Part shown: positions 17,706-27,319 of the stretch, piece after piece
Position numbering within the stretch: position 1 is the stretch's first letter
How the letters are laid out: every line of letters begins with the position of its first letter
Virus record (IMG/VR): IMGVR_UViG_3300045988_129927
Strand: one strand, 5' to 3'
From: a virus
Length of the DNA stretch: 64,000 nucleotides
Program-made: the position numbers and the translations under genes
Notes under the pieces: model-generated
Seen by the model: the letters and a program-made list of their open reading frames with translations, nothing else
Told to the model about the DNA's origin: nothing
The model's database searches: none

Positions 17706-19982
17706 TTAAGGAGCAACAGCAGCACCAGTACCAGCAGCAGGTTTAGCAGGTTGTGCTACTTCGTTAGTAACTTGGAAGTTCAAGCGTTCTTGGATAGAAC
17801 GTTTCAGACCAGTTACTTTGATGCGTACCAATACTGGCAAGTGGCAGATGTGGCTGAACCATGGTTGAACCATAGTTTCGTGTTGGTATTTGCTACCACG
17901 GGCACGGCTAACAATACGTGGGATTTCACGTTTGTCAAGAGTGTTACCGAACCACAGAGGTACGCTCAGGCTACCATTGCGTGGTTTACCGAATGACAAG
18001 AAGATAGTACCAATTTCACCATCTTTAGCTTGACCATTTTCATCCAATACCAAACGTTCGTCAGAACATTCTTCAATAGTAAAGTCGAAGCCATCACCCA
18101 GAGTACGTGCATCACCTTCACGGAAGATGAATTTGCTAGTGAATGCGTCAGCAATAGCAATCACGTGTGGACGGAAAGAGCTACCACCGATGTCAGTCAA
18201 CTCGTAACCAGCAGCCAGTTCAGAAGAACAGTAAGCTTGAGTCATTTCACCCAGGATGTAGTTAGTCATTACAGAAGACACGTTATTCAAACGGTCAGAA
18301 GTAGTCAGAGATTGACAAGTTTTGTAAACGTCCAATTCTACATCTTTAACGTAAGTACGAGCAAACCATTGACCCACACCAACAGAAGTATAGTTAAATG
18401 GTTCAGCAGTATCCAGTTGTTGAGGTTGTGATTTCAACATATTCAGGATATCGTAAATAGCAGATACACCGGCGTTAGTACGACGGATGAAAGACAGACG
18501 AATCAGGCTATCAATACGTTGAGAATCGGATACGGTGTCTTTGTCATCGATAGGACGACGGATAGCGATTGGAGAGTGCAATTTAACACCGTAGATGATG
18601 CGTTGTACGCGGTCATCCAACAGCAGGCCATGTTCGCGCAAGTTGCTATTAGTACGAGTAGCGTCTACTTCGTAACCAACGATAGAGGTTTTTTCCAATT
18701 CAGCAACCAGAGCTTTAACGTCTGGGTTTTCCATAGACAATACTTCTTTGGTTTCTGCATTACGTACAGCGCGTACTTGTACAGCAGCTGCATTCAGAGT
18801 TACAGTACCCAAGTCAGTGTTACCACGACCAGAGATATCAAAACGCAACAGAGCTTCCAATTTTTTGTCTTTCAGTGCTTTCAATTCTGTAGGCAGAGCT
18901 TGAGAGATTTCACCGATAGTATCAGCATTTACCAAGTGAGTGTTTACATCGTACATCAATTGGATGCCTTCACGGTCACCATTAGGAGAGTAAGTGAAGG
19001 TAGATTGTTGATGGTATTGCAAGTTTTTGAACAATACAACATCGTTACCCACTTTCAGACCCAGAGTTTTCAAACGTGGGTTAGCAGAAATTTGGTCAGT
19101 ATCATCAGACATACCCAAAGTAACCATACGGTCAGTTTGAGAGATGTGAGTCAGTTTAATTTCTTTACCGATTTTCAGCAAGGAAGTTTGTACGTCTTCA
19201 TCGAAGTCAGTACGAACAACGTAAGGAGGCAACAAAGTGCTGTCTACGAAAGAATCTTCACTGATGGTTTTACGGAATACAGGAACGATGTCAGTGAAGT
19301 TAGATTTCAAGATATCGTGTTTACGCAATGCTTTGATTACGTGTTTTTGGTTGCGGTATGCGTCGCCTTTACCACCCAAGTCGTATTCTTTAGAGTTGAA
19401 TACAGTTGACAGGTGTACGTCGATAGTGTAGTTGTTTTGAGTAGAATCCAAAGTAATAGTAGGGAAGAACAATTCTACAGCTTTAGATTGTTTTTCAGGG
19501 CGGATGTTATAAGAAACAGTCATCGCCAGAGTGTTCATCATACCGTGAACTTCAAAAGACTCAGTAGCCAACTCTTGACCTACAACACCAACGTCAACAC
19601 CACCACCAATAGCAGATACCACAGTACCAGGTTCAGTTTGTGCACCAGCATTGTAGTATTCATCAGGGTTTTGAGCGATGATGATAGATTCAGACAAATT
19701 ATCCACTTGGTCTTCAGTCAGAGTAGCACCAGTGCTTTCTTGGTAGTCAGCAACGATACCATCGATTACAGCTTTTTGGCTGTTAGTAATAGCACTCAGG
19801 TCTTCAGCTTCAGAAGTACTCAGGCTTTCAGTAGACAAGAATGCTTTACCTACGAGTTTAGCAGCTTCAGTGCTCAGGGAAATATCGTGAGCACGTGATT
19901 TTACGATGTCAGCAATAACTTGTGTATTTGAACGGGGGGTAAAGGATTTTTTCTCTTTACCGAAAATATTTTTTTGAGACAT
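17706..19982 (-). CDS. major capsid protein (phiKZ-like size class)
   Basis: 758 aa from ATG 19982 (the track start 19988 is a TTG). The size class is typical of phiKZ-type MCPs. Codons are markedly GC-richer than neighbours, as in highly expressed genes. An 18-bp perfect terminator follows. The N-terminal ~140 aa look like a propeptide ending near ELATE/SFEV. Confidence 0.7.
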   Translation of the reverse strand: MSQKNIFGKEKKSFTPRSNTQVIADIVKSRAHDISLSTEAAKLVGKAFLSTESLSTSEAEDLSAITNSQKAVIDGIVADYQESTGATLTEDQVDNLSESIIIAQNPDEYYNAGAQTEPGTVVSAIGGGVDVGVVGQELATESFEVHGMMNTLAMTVSYNIRPEKQSKAVELFFPTITLDSTQNNYTIDVHLSTVFNSKEYDLGGKGDAYRNQKHVIKALRKHDILKSNFTDIVPVFRKTISEDSFVDSTLLPPYVVRTDFDEDVQTSLLKIGKEIKLTHISQTDRMVTLGMSDDTDQISANPRLKTLGLKVGNDVVLFKNLQYHQQSTFTYSPNGDREGIQLMYDVNTHLVNADTIGEISQALPTELKALKDKKLEALLRFDISGRGNTDLGTVTLNAAAVQVRAVRNAETKEVLSMENPDVKALVAELEKTSIVGYEVDATRTNSNLREHGLLLDDRVQRIIYGVKLHSPIAIRRPIDDKDTVSDSQRIDSLIRLSFIRRTNAGVSAIYDILNMLKSQPQQLDTAEPFNYTSVGVGQWFARTYVKDVELDVYKTCQSLTTSDRLNNVSSVMTNYILGEMTQAYCSSELAAGYELTDIGGSSFRPHVIAIADAFTSKFIFREGDARTLGDGFDFTIEECSDERLVLDENGQAKDGEIGTIFLSFGKPRNGSLSVPLWFGNTLDKREIPRIVSRARGSKYQHETMVQPWFSHICHLPVLVRIKVTGLKRSIQERLNFQVTNEVAQPAKPAAGTGAAVAP

Positions 19983-20021
19983 TTTCAATACCTTTAAAAT
20001 TTAAATCAAGACAAGAATAAC

Positions 20022-20039
20022 TTATAGTATCTTCGAAAA
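20022..20039 (-). promoter_or_regulatory. variant promoter-like motif upstream of the capsid gene
   Basis: Plus strand reads TTATAGTATCTTCGAAAA. It keeps the ATAGTAT core. Confidence 0.3.
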
Positions 20040-20045
20040 TAATTA

Positions 20046-20753
20046 TTAATTATCTAATAGTAGTAAATAATTACCGAACAATACTGTAGCTGATATGGTC
20101 TGTTCTGAGTGGTAAATAGACGACTTTCTCATTACATCACGAATTTTCTCTAATACATAAGTTTTCAATGTATGTTCACTGTAGCTTCCTTCTACCGTTG
20201 AAGTAGGTACAGAAATAAAGTAAATACGTCCACTAGGGGACACGTCAATACTCTCATACATACAGTTTTCGTTAGTGTGTTGGTAAATGTTATTACATAT
20301 ACCTGTCATTACTTTAGATAGAATACGTGTTACATTAAACACTTCTTCATCAAAAGTATACTCACCATTTTCCTGAGGAAAATATTGGCTATACAATGCT
20401 TCTTTATCAGTAGCATTTGCAAGCCACAGTAGGCGAATATCCAATGCCTCACCCATCAAAGGGGTAAGTTTTTCAGACATCTCTACAGATTCGTGTACTC
20501 TATTTTTATCTAAAGGTGAGGATTTAGACAAAGCATTTAGAGCAATTAATTCTTTTAAAGCGTGTGAGCCGACAGACGCGACAGCTTTATCATAATAAAG
20601 TAAGTCAACAGGGCTAATGCCTTTATCTTTTAAGTCGTTATATAATTCTTCTGGTACAAATACTAATCTAATAGCATTCTCTGGGTTTTCTTCAGAATCA
20701 ATAAAACGATCCAATAACTTTTGAGCTTCTGTCTTTTTAGGTAACTCAATCAT
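20046..20753 (-). CDS. hypothetical protein immediately upstream of the capsid gene
   Basis: 235 aa; TATAAAGGATATCACCC before the ATG. No motif recognised. Confidence 0.65.
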   Translation of the reverse strand: MIELPKKTEAQKLLDRFIDSEENPENAIRLVFVPEELYNDLKDKGISPVDLLYYDKAVASVGSHALKELIALNALSKSSPLDKNRVHESVEMSEKLTPLMGEALDIRLLWLANATDKEALYSQYFPQENGEYTFDEEVFNVTRILSKVMTGICNNIYQHTNENCMYESIDVSPSGRIYFISVPTSTVEGSYSEHTLKTYVLEKIRDVMRKSSIYHSEQTISATVLFGNYLLLLDN

Positions 20754-20925
20754 GGGTGATATCCTTTATATGTTGGTAGATTTCTATTTAGATTTTAGCC
20801 CTGACTATCTATGTAAAAAATAGCTCAATAAGCTAATATATACTAACCGAATAATTCATATTAACATACGTTATAACCGTTACTTATTTTATTAACAATA
20901 TAAAAATAAAGAAAGAAATCCCGAC

Positions 20926-22458
20926 ATGAACATTAAAGCATTATTAGCAAAATGTATTTCTTTATTATACAGAGAATCTCAATTAGAAGAAGAATCAGAT
21001 TCCTCTAAACTGGTTAATGATATTATTAGTTCTTTAAAGATTAATAATAGAGACATCAGTGGGACAGACTCTACTTTAAATGACTTAAAAGATTTAGTAT
21101 TGGATATGGTTTCTAGAGAGAACCCTATTCCTTATAATGATTTAATACAACATTTAAAAATCATTTGTGCACAAGACACCACACTTTTTGAAAGTATTCA
21201 GGATAATATTGCATTTGAATTGACACCCCAAGAAGTACAGCGTTCTGTATTATCTTATCGTTTTGAATTAAGTAAATATCTAAAAAATAAAAAAGCACAA
21301 GATATTTTAGAGAAACTGACTTACGATTTAAAATTCAATCGAGATAAAGTAGATGACTTAGATGGTTACATGGCTACTAAATTAACAGATGCGATTGATT
21401 TAGTAAATTACGCTGGTGAAGAAATTCCAGGTGTAGTAATCGAACTAGATTTAAATAACATCGAACAAGTAGCTGAACAATACGAATTAATTAAGAAAGA
21501 ATCAGATGGTTCACGTACTATTCGTATGCCATGGCAAGCAATGAATAGAATGACACGTGGTGGTTTACGTTTAGGTCAACTGACTATAGTGGGTGGTTTA
21601 GCACACAATAATAAAACAGGTGTGTGTTTGTCTATGTTTATTTCAGCTTGTATGTTTAATAATCCTAAAGACTTATTAACCAATCCAAAAAAGAAACCAA
21701 TGAATGTATTGATTTCTTTTGAAGATGACATGCAAATCGTATTATCTAACATCTACACTTTATTAAAAGGTAACTTTGATAATGTCGTCGTAACAGACGA
21801 AGATAAAAGAAACTTAGATAAAAACGAAGCTGCAATGTACGTAAGAGATAAACTACAGTCTACAGGATACAATGTAAAACTGATTCGTATTAATCCATCT
21901 GAATGGTCTTATATTGAAATTCAGAATAAGATTCTAGAATTAGAATCTAAGGGATATGAAATCCACATGTGTCTGATTGACTATTTGAATCTGGCTAATA
22001 AAAATGGTTTACCTAATATTCGTGGTGACTCTGATGTACAGGAATTGTTTAGACGTACTAAAAACTTTATGTGTGCAGGACACAATATTGCTTTATTGAC
22101 ACCACACCAATTATCAGGCGATGCATTGGATTTAAAACGTCAAGGTAATAAGATGTTAGCACAACAAGTATCAGATGGTTCGTATTATGCTGACTGTCGT
22201 GGTTTATATCGTGAACCAGAACTTGAGATTGCTGTAGATATTGTAAAAGACAATGGTACTAAGTATCAAGTATTTGCACGTGGTAAACACCGTGGTCAAA
22301 ACGATACACCAGAAGAACATAAAGTATTTATTTTACCATTCGCACCAGTAGGTGGTTTAAGATACGACATTAATGGAAGTGATACTTCACTGTCTCGTTT
22401 CGGTGCAACACGAAATGAAAATGGTGAAGAAGAATTAGCATTCTACGACGTAGGCTAA
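20926..22458 (+). CDS. DnaB-family (RecA-fold) helicase-like protein
   Basis: MPWQAMNRMTRGGLRLGQLTIVGGLAHNNKTG (DnaB H1/Walker A region, with Asn in place of the usual Gly before Lys-Thr), VLISFEDDM (H1a), and MCLIDYLNL (Walker B). Confidence 0.6.
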   Translation: MNIKALLAKCISLLYRESQLEEESDSSKLVNDIISSLKINNRDISGTDSTLNDLKDLVLDMVSRENPIPYNDLIQHLKIICAQDTTLFESIQDNIAFELTPQEVQRSVLSYRFELSKYLKNKKAQDILEKLTYDLKFNRDKVDDLDGYMATKLTDAIDLVNYAGEEIPGVVIELDLNNIEQVAEQYELIKKESDGSRTIRMPWQAMNRMTRGGLRLGQLTIVGGLAHNNKTGVCLSMFISACMFNNPKDLLTNPKKKPMNVLISFEDDMQIVLSNIYTLLKGNFDNVVVTDEDKRNLDKNEAAMYVRDKLQSTGYNVKLIRINPSEWSYIEIQNKILELESKGYEIHMCLIDYLNLANKNGLPNIRGDSDVQELFRRTKNFMCAGHNIALLTPHQLSGDALDLKRQGNKMLAQQVSDGSYYADCRGLYREPELEIAVDIVKDNGTKYQVFARGKHRGQNDTPEEHKVFILPFAPVGGLRYDINGSDTSLSRFGATRNENGEEELAFYDVG

Positions 22459-22481
22459 AAAATAAAATAGAAAGCATTATA

Positions 22482-22511
22482 CTACTCTCACTGGTTATCC
22501 AGTGAGAGTAG
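22482..22511. terminator. bidirectional hairpin terminator between convergent genes
   Basis: 13-bp stem CTACTCTCACTGG/CCAGTGAGAGTAG, 4-nt loop. Confidence 0.75.
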
Positions 22512-22543
22512 CGTAGCTTTATGTTAAACATTATTTAACAAAG

Positions 22544-23158
22544 TTAAACACCGTTTAAGAGGATGTCACCACCTGTTACTACTTCGATTAATTCGACGTT
22601 AGTATCCAAGTCATAGGTTTTATACGTATCAGATTGTTTAGATTCAGAATCTACAGACTTATAGCATACGTATACATCTAATACGAGTTTACGTACCACA
22701 TGCGTATCCATCAGTGTATTACCAAAGTTACCATCATCGGTAAATTCAGTACTTAACAGACACAAAGAGAATGCTTCGATAGCTTCTGAATCAGATACTT
22801 TTTCAATAAATTTAGAAGTCAAGTCAACACCCCAGCGATAATCGCGGAATGTACCAATCTTAAATTCTTTCTTATTGAAATAATCAATCAGAATACGACG
22901 TACTAAACCAGTACGATCTTGTTCTTCCAGATTAGTAATACCTGTTACAGATTTAGTTTGAGAAGATTGAGCAATTCGTTTAATACGATGTTTGTTAATC
23001 ATGTTAGGATTCTTAATCATCTTATTGATGATTTTGATATTCTTATCGTGTGGTAAAACCTCACTGTACTTTTCTAATTTAGCAATAAAGTTTGCTACGA
23101 AGAATACAATCCCAATTAAGATTAAACAACCTAATGCAAAGAATGCAAATTTTTCCAT
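22544..23158 (-). CDS. membrane-anchored hypothetical protein (N-terminal TM)
   Basis: FAFFALGCLILIGIVFFVANFIA at the N-terminus. It is a minus-strand gene inserted between two plus-strand helicase genes. Confidence 0.65.
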   Translation of the reverse strand: MEKFAFFALGCLILIGIVFFVANFIAKLEKYSEVLPHDKNIKIINKMIKNPNMINKHRIKRIAQSSQTKSVTGITNLEEQDRTGLVRRILIDYFNKKEFKIGTFRDYRWGVDLTSKFIEKVSDSEAIEAFSLCLLSTEFTDDGNFGNTLMDTHVVRKLVLDVYVCYKSVDSESKQSDTYKTYDLDTNVELIEVVTGGDILLNGV

Positions 23159-23183
23159 TTTAATAGTTCCTTTAAATAAGTTA

Positions 23184-23232
23184 CCTGAATTAATTTAATT
23201 CAGGCGACATAGGCGTATAACGCCGTAAGTTA
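23184..23232. repeat. copy A of a palindrome-plus-hairpin intergenic element
   Basis: CCTGAATTAA-T-TTAATTCAGG, then CGACATAGG, GGCG-TATAA-CGCC, GTAAGTTA. Confidence 0.55.
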
Positions 23233-23268
23233 ATAAATAGATGTACTATCTAATAGATTTGTACACTT

Positions 23269-23287
23269 TAATAGTATAGATTTAAAT
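23269..23287 (-). promoter_or_regulatory. promoter-like motif instance (upstream of 22544..23158)
   Basis: Plus strand reads TAATAGTATAGATTTAAAT. Confidence 0.45.
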
Positions 23288-23323
23288 TATCTTAGATTAA
23301 GGTATAAAGGACAATGGAAAGAT

Positions 23324-25492
23324 ATGAATAACCTTATAGTAAAGAGGAATAATAAAATGTTTGAAGTATTTAAATCACCGACTATTAAAGAAGATACTAC
23401 TAAAAATCAAATCATTGTAGAGGGTATTAATCTAAAACTAGTATATCGTGATTTTGAGAAATACATTGGTTCTAAGATGCTCTATAATATCTTAGATAAG
23501 TCAGGTAGATGGGAAATGAAATTCCAGAAATTTTATTTACCTGACATGTATCATGTAGTATTAGAATTACTAAACAATGATAAATTTAAACGTAGAATTG
23601 TATCTCGTTCTAAATTACAAAAATTAAAAGAATTGTTTGAGACTATTCCTTTGGTACAGAATATTAAATTAATTCAAAATACCAAAGATGAAGATATTCC
23701 TAGTGTGAATAAATCTATTTTAAAGAATATATTCGTACCAGGATTTAAGTTATTTGAACATCAAGATAAGTTTATTGATAACTGTTTATTTAAATCTAAG
23801 TTAATGGATTTAAGAGGCTATCTATTAGACGCAGGGCCTGGTTTAGGTAAGACCATTAATTCTATTGCTTTAATGGAACTATTAGGTGCAGATAAGATTA
23901 TTGTCGTATGTCCTAAGAAAGCAGTTATCGACGTATGGGAAGAGACCATTAATCGTATTTACAGTAAACCACAGACTTATAATCTCTCTATTGATTCTGT
24001 CAAGGGTGGTAAAGTTAAATTAGCTAATTTTTCTCTAGACAGTAAATTCATGGTTTGTCACTTTGAAGCACTGGATAAATTAGTAGCTAGTTTAAGAAAT
24101 ATACCTAACGCTAGATACTGCATTATAGGTGATGAAGGCCATAATCTGAATAGCTATAAATCAGAACGCTCCACATTGTTTAGAGAATTGAATAAAATAG
24201 TTAATCCTTATTTCTGTTTATGGATGTCAGGTACACCACTAAAAGCATTAGGTAGTGAAACCATGACAATGTTTGAAACTATTGATAAGTTATTTACACC
24301 TGAAGTGGTTAAATCCTTTACTTCTGTATTTGGTATTTCTGGTGTCTATGCTGCCACTGTTATGGCAAATCGTTTACAATTAGTAAAAGCTACTATTAAA
24401 GCTCAAGGTTCAGGTGTAGAACAATTTACCTATCAATCTAAAGTAGTCTTACCTGATGCTTGGAAATATACATTATCTACTATTCGTGAAGAAATGAAAA
24501 AATACATTAGAGAGCGTACTGCTTTTTATCATGAATTTAGAGAAGAGTATATTGAAGAGTATTTTGAAGGTATTGAAGAGTTTAAATCTAACTTAGGAAG
24601 TAACTTTGATAGTAAGATGCAAATAGCATTAGATGAATACCTAGCTAAAACCAAAGAACTCCATAATGGATATAACCCAACATCTCCAGTACACAAACAA
24701 TACATTATTGATTGTAATTACTTTGAAGATAAAGTAATTATTCCTATTCTTTCTAATAAGACTAAGAAGATATTTAGAAAAGCTAAGTCTGTTTATAAAT
24801 ACGTAGAACTTACGATTATTGGAGAAACATTAGGTAATGTTATTGGACGTAAGAGAACTGAGTGTAATAAAGCTATTGTAGAAGCGATGACAAAATCATT
24901 TACTGTAGTGAATGAAGAGAGTAAAGAAACTTATGAAACAAATCTAGGTGAAGTCATTCGTGATGCTGAAGCAAAAACATTAATCTTTACAGATTATGTA
25001 GATGTACTAAAACGTTGTAATGAAATCTTAACAGAAGAAGGTTTCCACCCTATTACTATTTTCGGTGAAACAACAACAACTATTGGTCTATCTAATCAAG
25101 TTAAACAGTTTAAAGAAAACAGTAAGATTAACCCTTTGATTACGACATTTAAAACATTGTCAGAAGCAGTGCCTTTAACAGAAGCCAATACAGTAATCTT
25201 CTTGAACTTACCATTTAGGTCTGGTACTTACGACCAAGCAGTTAAACGAGCAAATCGTATTGGTCAAACTAAAGATGTACACTTATACGAAGTAACATTA
25301 GATACAGGTGGTGAAGAAAACATTTCTACACGAAACTTAGATATCTTAAAATGGTCTGAAGAACAAGTAAGTATCTTAATGGGTGATAAGAAAGGTGAGA
25401 TGGAAGTAGTATCTAAACTGACTATAGACCACTTCTTACCTGATATGGTTACTAGAGGTATTCCTAGTATTAAAGACTTTAAAATGTTCTAA
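23324..25492 (+). CDS. SNF2-family helicase/ATPase
   Basis: DAGPGLGKT (motif I), IIGDEGHNL (motif II, DExH), MSGTPL (III), and QAVKRANRIGQTKDVHLYEV (VI). An alternative start at 23357 (MFEVFK) has a better-spaced AAGAGGAA. Confidence 0.85.
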   Translation: MNNLIVKRNNKMFEVFKSPTIKEDTTKNQIIVEGINLKLVYRDFEKYIGSKMLYNILDKSGRWEMKFQKFYLPDMYHVVLELLNNDKFKRRIVSRSKLQKLKELFETIPLVQNIKLIQNTKDEDIPSVNKSILKNIFVPGFKLFEHQDKFIDNCLFKSKLMDLRGYLLDAGPGLGKTINSIALMELLGADKIIVVCPKKAVIDVWEETINRIYSKPQTYNLSIDSVKGGKVKLANFSLDSKFMVCHFEALDKLVASLRNIPNARYCIIGDEGHNLNSYKSERSTLFRELNKIVNPYFCLWMSGTPLKALGSETMTMFETIDKLFTPEVVKSFTSVFGISGVYAATVMANRLQLVKATIKAQGSGVEQFTYQSKVVLPDAWKYTLSTIREEMKKYIRERTAFYHEFREEYIEEYFEGIEEFKSNLGSNFDSKMQIALDEYLAKTKELHNGYNPTSPVHKQYIIDCNYFEDKVIIPILSNKTKKIFRKAKSVYKYVELTIIGETLGNVIGRKRTECNKAIVEAMTKSFTVVNEESKETYETNLGEVIRDAEAKTLIFTDYVDVLKRCNEILTEEGFHPITIFGETTTTIGLSNQVKQFKENSKINPLITTFKTLSEAVPLTEANTVIFLNLPFRSGTYDQAVKRANRIGQTKDVHLYEVTLDTGGEENISTRNLDILKWSEEQVSILMGDKKGEMEVVSKLTIDHFLPDMVTRGIPSIKDFKMF

Positions 25493-25521
25493 AAAATAAA
25501 GTAAAACAAAAGTAAACATAT

Positions 25522-25559
25522 TACTCTATACAGTACCCGTTAAGGTACTGTATAGAGTA
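25522..25559. terminator. bidirectional hairpin terminator between convergent genes
   Basis: 16-bp perfect stem TACTCTATACAGTACC/GGTACTGTATAGAGTA, 6-nt loop. Confidence 0.8.
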
Positions 25560-25566
25560 GATTATG

Positions 25567-27243
25567 TTATTTAGGTAAATATTCGTAGAATGGTTCTAAT
25601 GGATTATCGACATCAGTACTGTCGGTAAATTCATACTTAATATCAGTACGACCATAAATACCTTCAGCAATCTTGTAGATGTGGGTACTGGTATTTTTAA
25701 AACTTGATTCACTACCAGTAACGACATCCGTATAAGTTAGAACTTCATCTATAGTATTATAATTAAACATAGGTGTTTCTACACCACATGTCTTATTACA
25801 ATAAATTAACTTATTATCAGGGAAAATAGTATCTTTATTTTCATCTGAACTATTAGCTAGATATTTACCAATTTCAGAATATTTAACCATTAGTTCTAAT
25901 GGGTAGTATCTGTATGTATATATACCCTCAGTCTTAGCTAAAGCTCTTTTAAAGTAAATATTCTTGAATAGTACGTATTCACCCTCAGGTAATTGAATTG
26001 CTCCATGTGGTTCAAACACTTTACCTACACTTCTATCGTTGTTTCCTTCAGAAGGTAACATAGGTCTTACGTAGCTAGACATACAGTTAGGTACTAAATA
26101 GAAACCATCGTTATCTTCACGAGTATCGTTATCTAAAATAGTAAAAGCACCGTGGTCGTTTACATTATCAGAAATACCGAGATTTAAATGGTAAGCTAAC
26201 AATTTATTAGATAACGCACCATCTCGTAACATATCTTGAATTTTGTAAGCTTTTTCTGCTAAGCTACGACATCCTGTGAAATCACGAATAAAGTTAATGA
26301 AATAACCAACCAAAGAATTAATAAACAAACATTCACCTTTTATTACTTTAGTAACATGGTGGTTTGATTTTAAGAATTCAGCTAGTAATCCTCTAGGAAT
26401 AATGTATTCATTACGTTTAACTGTTAAGAAATCTGCTTGATAGATTTTACCTTCAATTTCATATACCTCTTTATGGTAATACTTATCAGGTGAATCCATA
26501 ATACCATCATTCATGCCTTCTGGGTGTAACCAGATACCATCGTAATAAAATTCATGATCACCAATATCCAATGGAATAGTAGACACTCCATCACTACCTT
26601 TAAGGAAAGATAGCATGTGGTCAAATTCAATTAAATCTTCATCATTAATTTTATCGCTCATGGCGTCAAAGTAATAAATAGGAATTTCTTTCTCAAGATA
26701 CATGCTATACTTGTGTTTATTTTGCTTATATAATGCACTGCGAAATCCTACGGCAGTGTCTAAACTACTAAACACAGGATTAAAATCGTCCTTATTCTTT
26801 ACTTCACTTTCAGGTAGTTTTACCATAAAACGGTGGTTTTTACTAAAACCATGGATACCATGATGTCGTAGAATATTCGGATAAAAAGTTTCCGGTGAAT
26901 GACCTACTACACTCTTGTTATCTACAGAATACATTCTGTCATCTAAACCAGTGATAATGAACATATAACCAATCTGTGTAACATCGATACCTACTGGCAA
27001 TTCGTATTCTTCTGGATTATATTTTACACTATCAGGATCAACATAATACTCATGATCACTACCATATGCTGTAATATCAATCACAGCAATATTACCAATA
27101 ACAGTAACAGCACGGTTATTGGATTTAAAACTGGTTTTAATACCACTTACTTTATAGACACCTGAAACTTTTTCTTCAGAAATGGCTAAAACACTGTGAA
27201 GAATTTCTAATACAAATGCTTCGTTGTCGTAATTATTAGACAT
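25567..27243 (-). CDS. hypothetical 558-aa protein, type-2 member of a duplicated two-gene cassette
   Basis: Weak but colinear similarity to 29071..30834 (e.g. IHGFSKNHRFMVKLPESE vs NFGYNNHKFALIEKDAKP). Confidence 0.65.
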   Translation of the reverse strand: MSNNYDNEAFVLEILHSVLAISEEKVSGVYKVSGIKTSFKSNNRAVTVIGNIAVIDITAYGSDHEYYVDPDSVKYNPEEYELPVGIDVTQIGYMFIITGLDDRMYSVDNKSVVGHSPETFYPNILRHHGIHGFSKNHRFMVKLPESEVKNKDDFNPVFSSLDTAVGFRSALYKQNKHKYSMYLEKEIPIYYFDAMSDKINDEDLIEFDHMLSFLKGSDGVSTIPLDIGDHEFYYDGIWLHPEGMNDGIMDSPDKYYHKEVYEIEGKIYQADFLTVKRNEYIIPRGLLAEFLKSNHHVTKVIKGECLFINSLVGYFINFIRDFTGCRSLAEKAYKIQDMLRDGALSNKLLAYHLNLGISDNVNDHGAFTILDNDTREDNDGFYLVPNCMSSYVRPMLPSEGNNDRSVGKVFEPHGAIQLPEGEYVLFKNIYFKRALAKTEGIYTYRYYPLELMVKYSEIGKYLANSSDENKDTIFPDNKLIYCNKTCGVETPMFNYNTIDEVLTYTDVVTGSESSFKNTSTHIYKIAEGIYGRTDIKYEFTDSTDVDNPLEPFYEYLPK

Positions 27244-27270
27244 AATAATTTCCTTTACATAAAGATTAAA

Positions 27271-27301
27271 TTACCCTATGGGATAGATTCCCATAGAGTA
27301 A
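27271..27301 (-). terminator. hairpin terminator after 27320..29011
   Basis: 13-position stem TTACCCTATGGGA/TCCCATAGAGTAA with one mismatch. Confidence 0.6.
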
Positions 27302-27319
27302 TTAAGGTTAAAAGTTAAA

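Noticed and set aside
18519-19409. Long plus-strand ORFs inside the capsid gene (18519..19409, 18030..18431, 19413..19898 and others), plus similar antisense or off-frame ORFs in the track (e.g. 757..960, 2604..2942, 2696..2995, 13176..13616, 14073..14429, 15077..15514, 43269..43559, 46785..47165, 51144..51482, 52561..53007, 60842..61159).
   Set aside because: They lie wholly inside longer ORFs that have recognisable motifs or proper RBSs. They have no SD context. Their products are low-complexity mirror images (Ser/Val/Phe/Thr-rich). They are treated as antisense artefacts.
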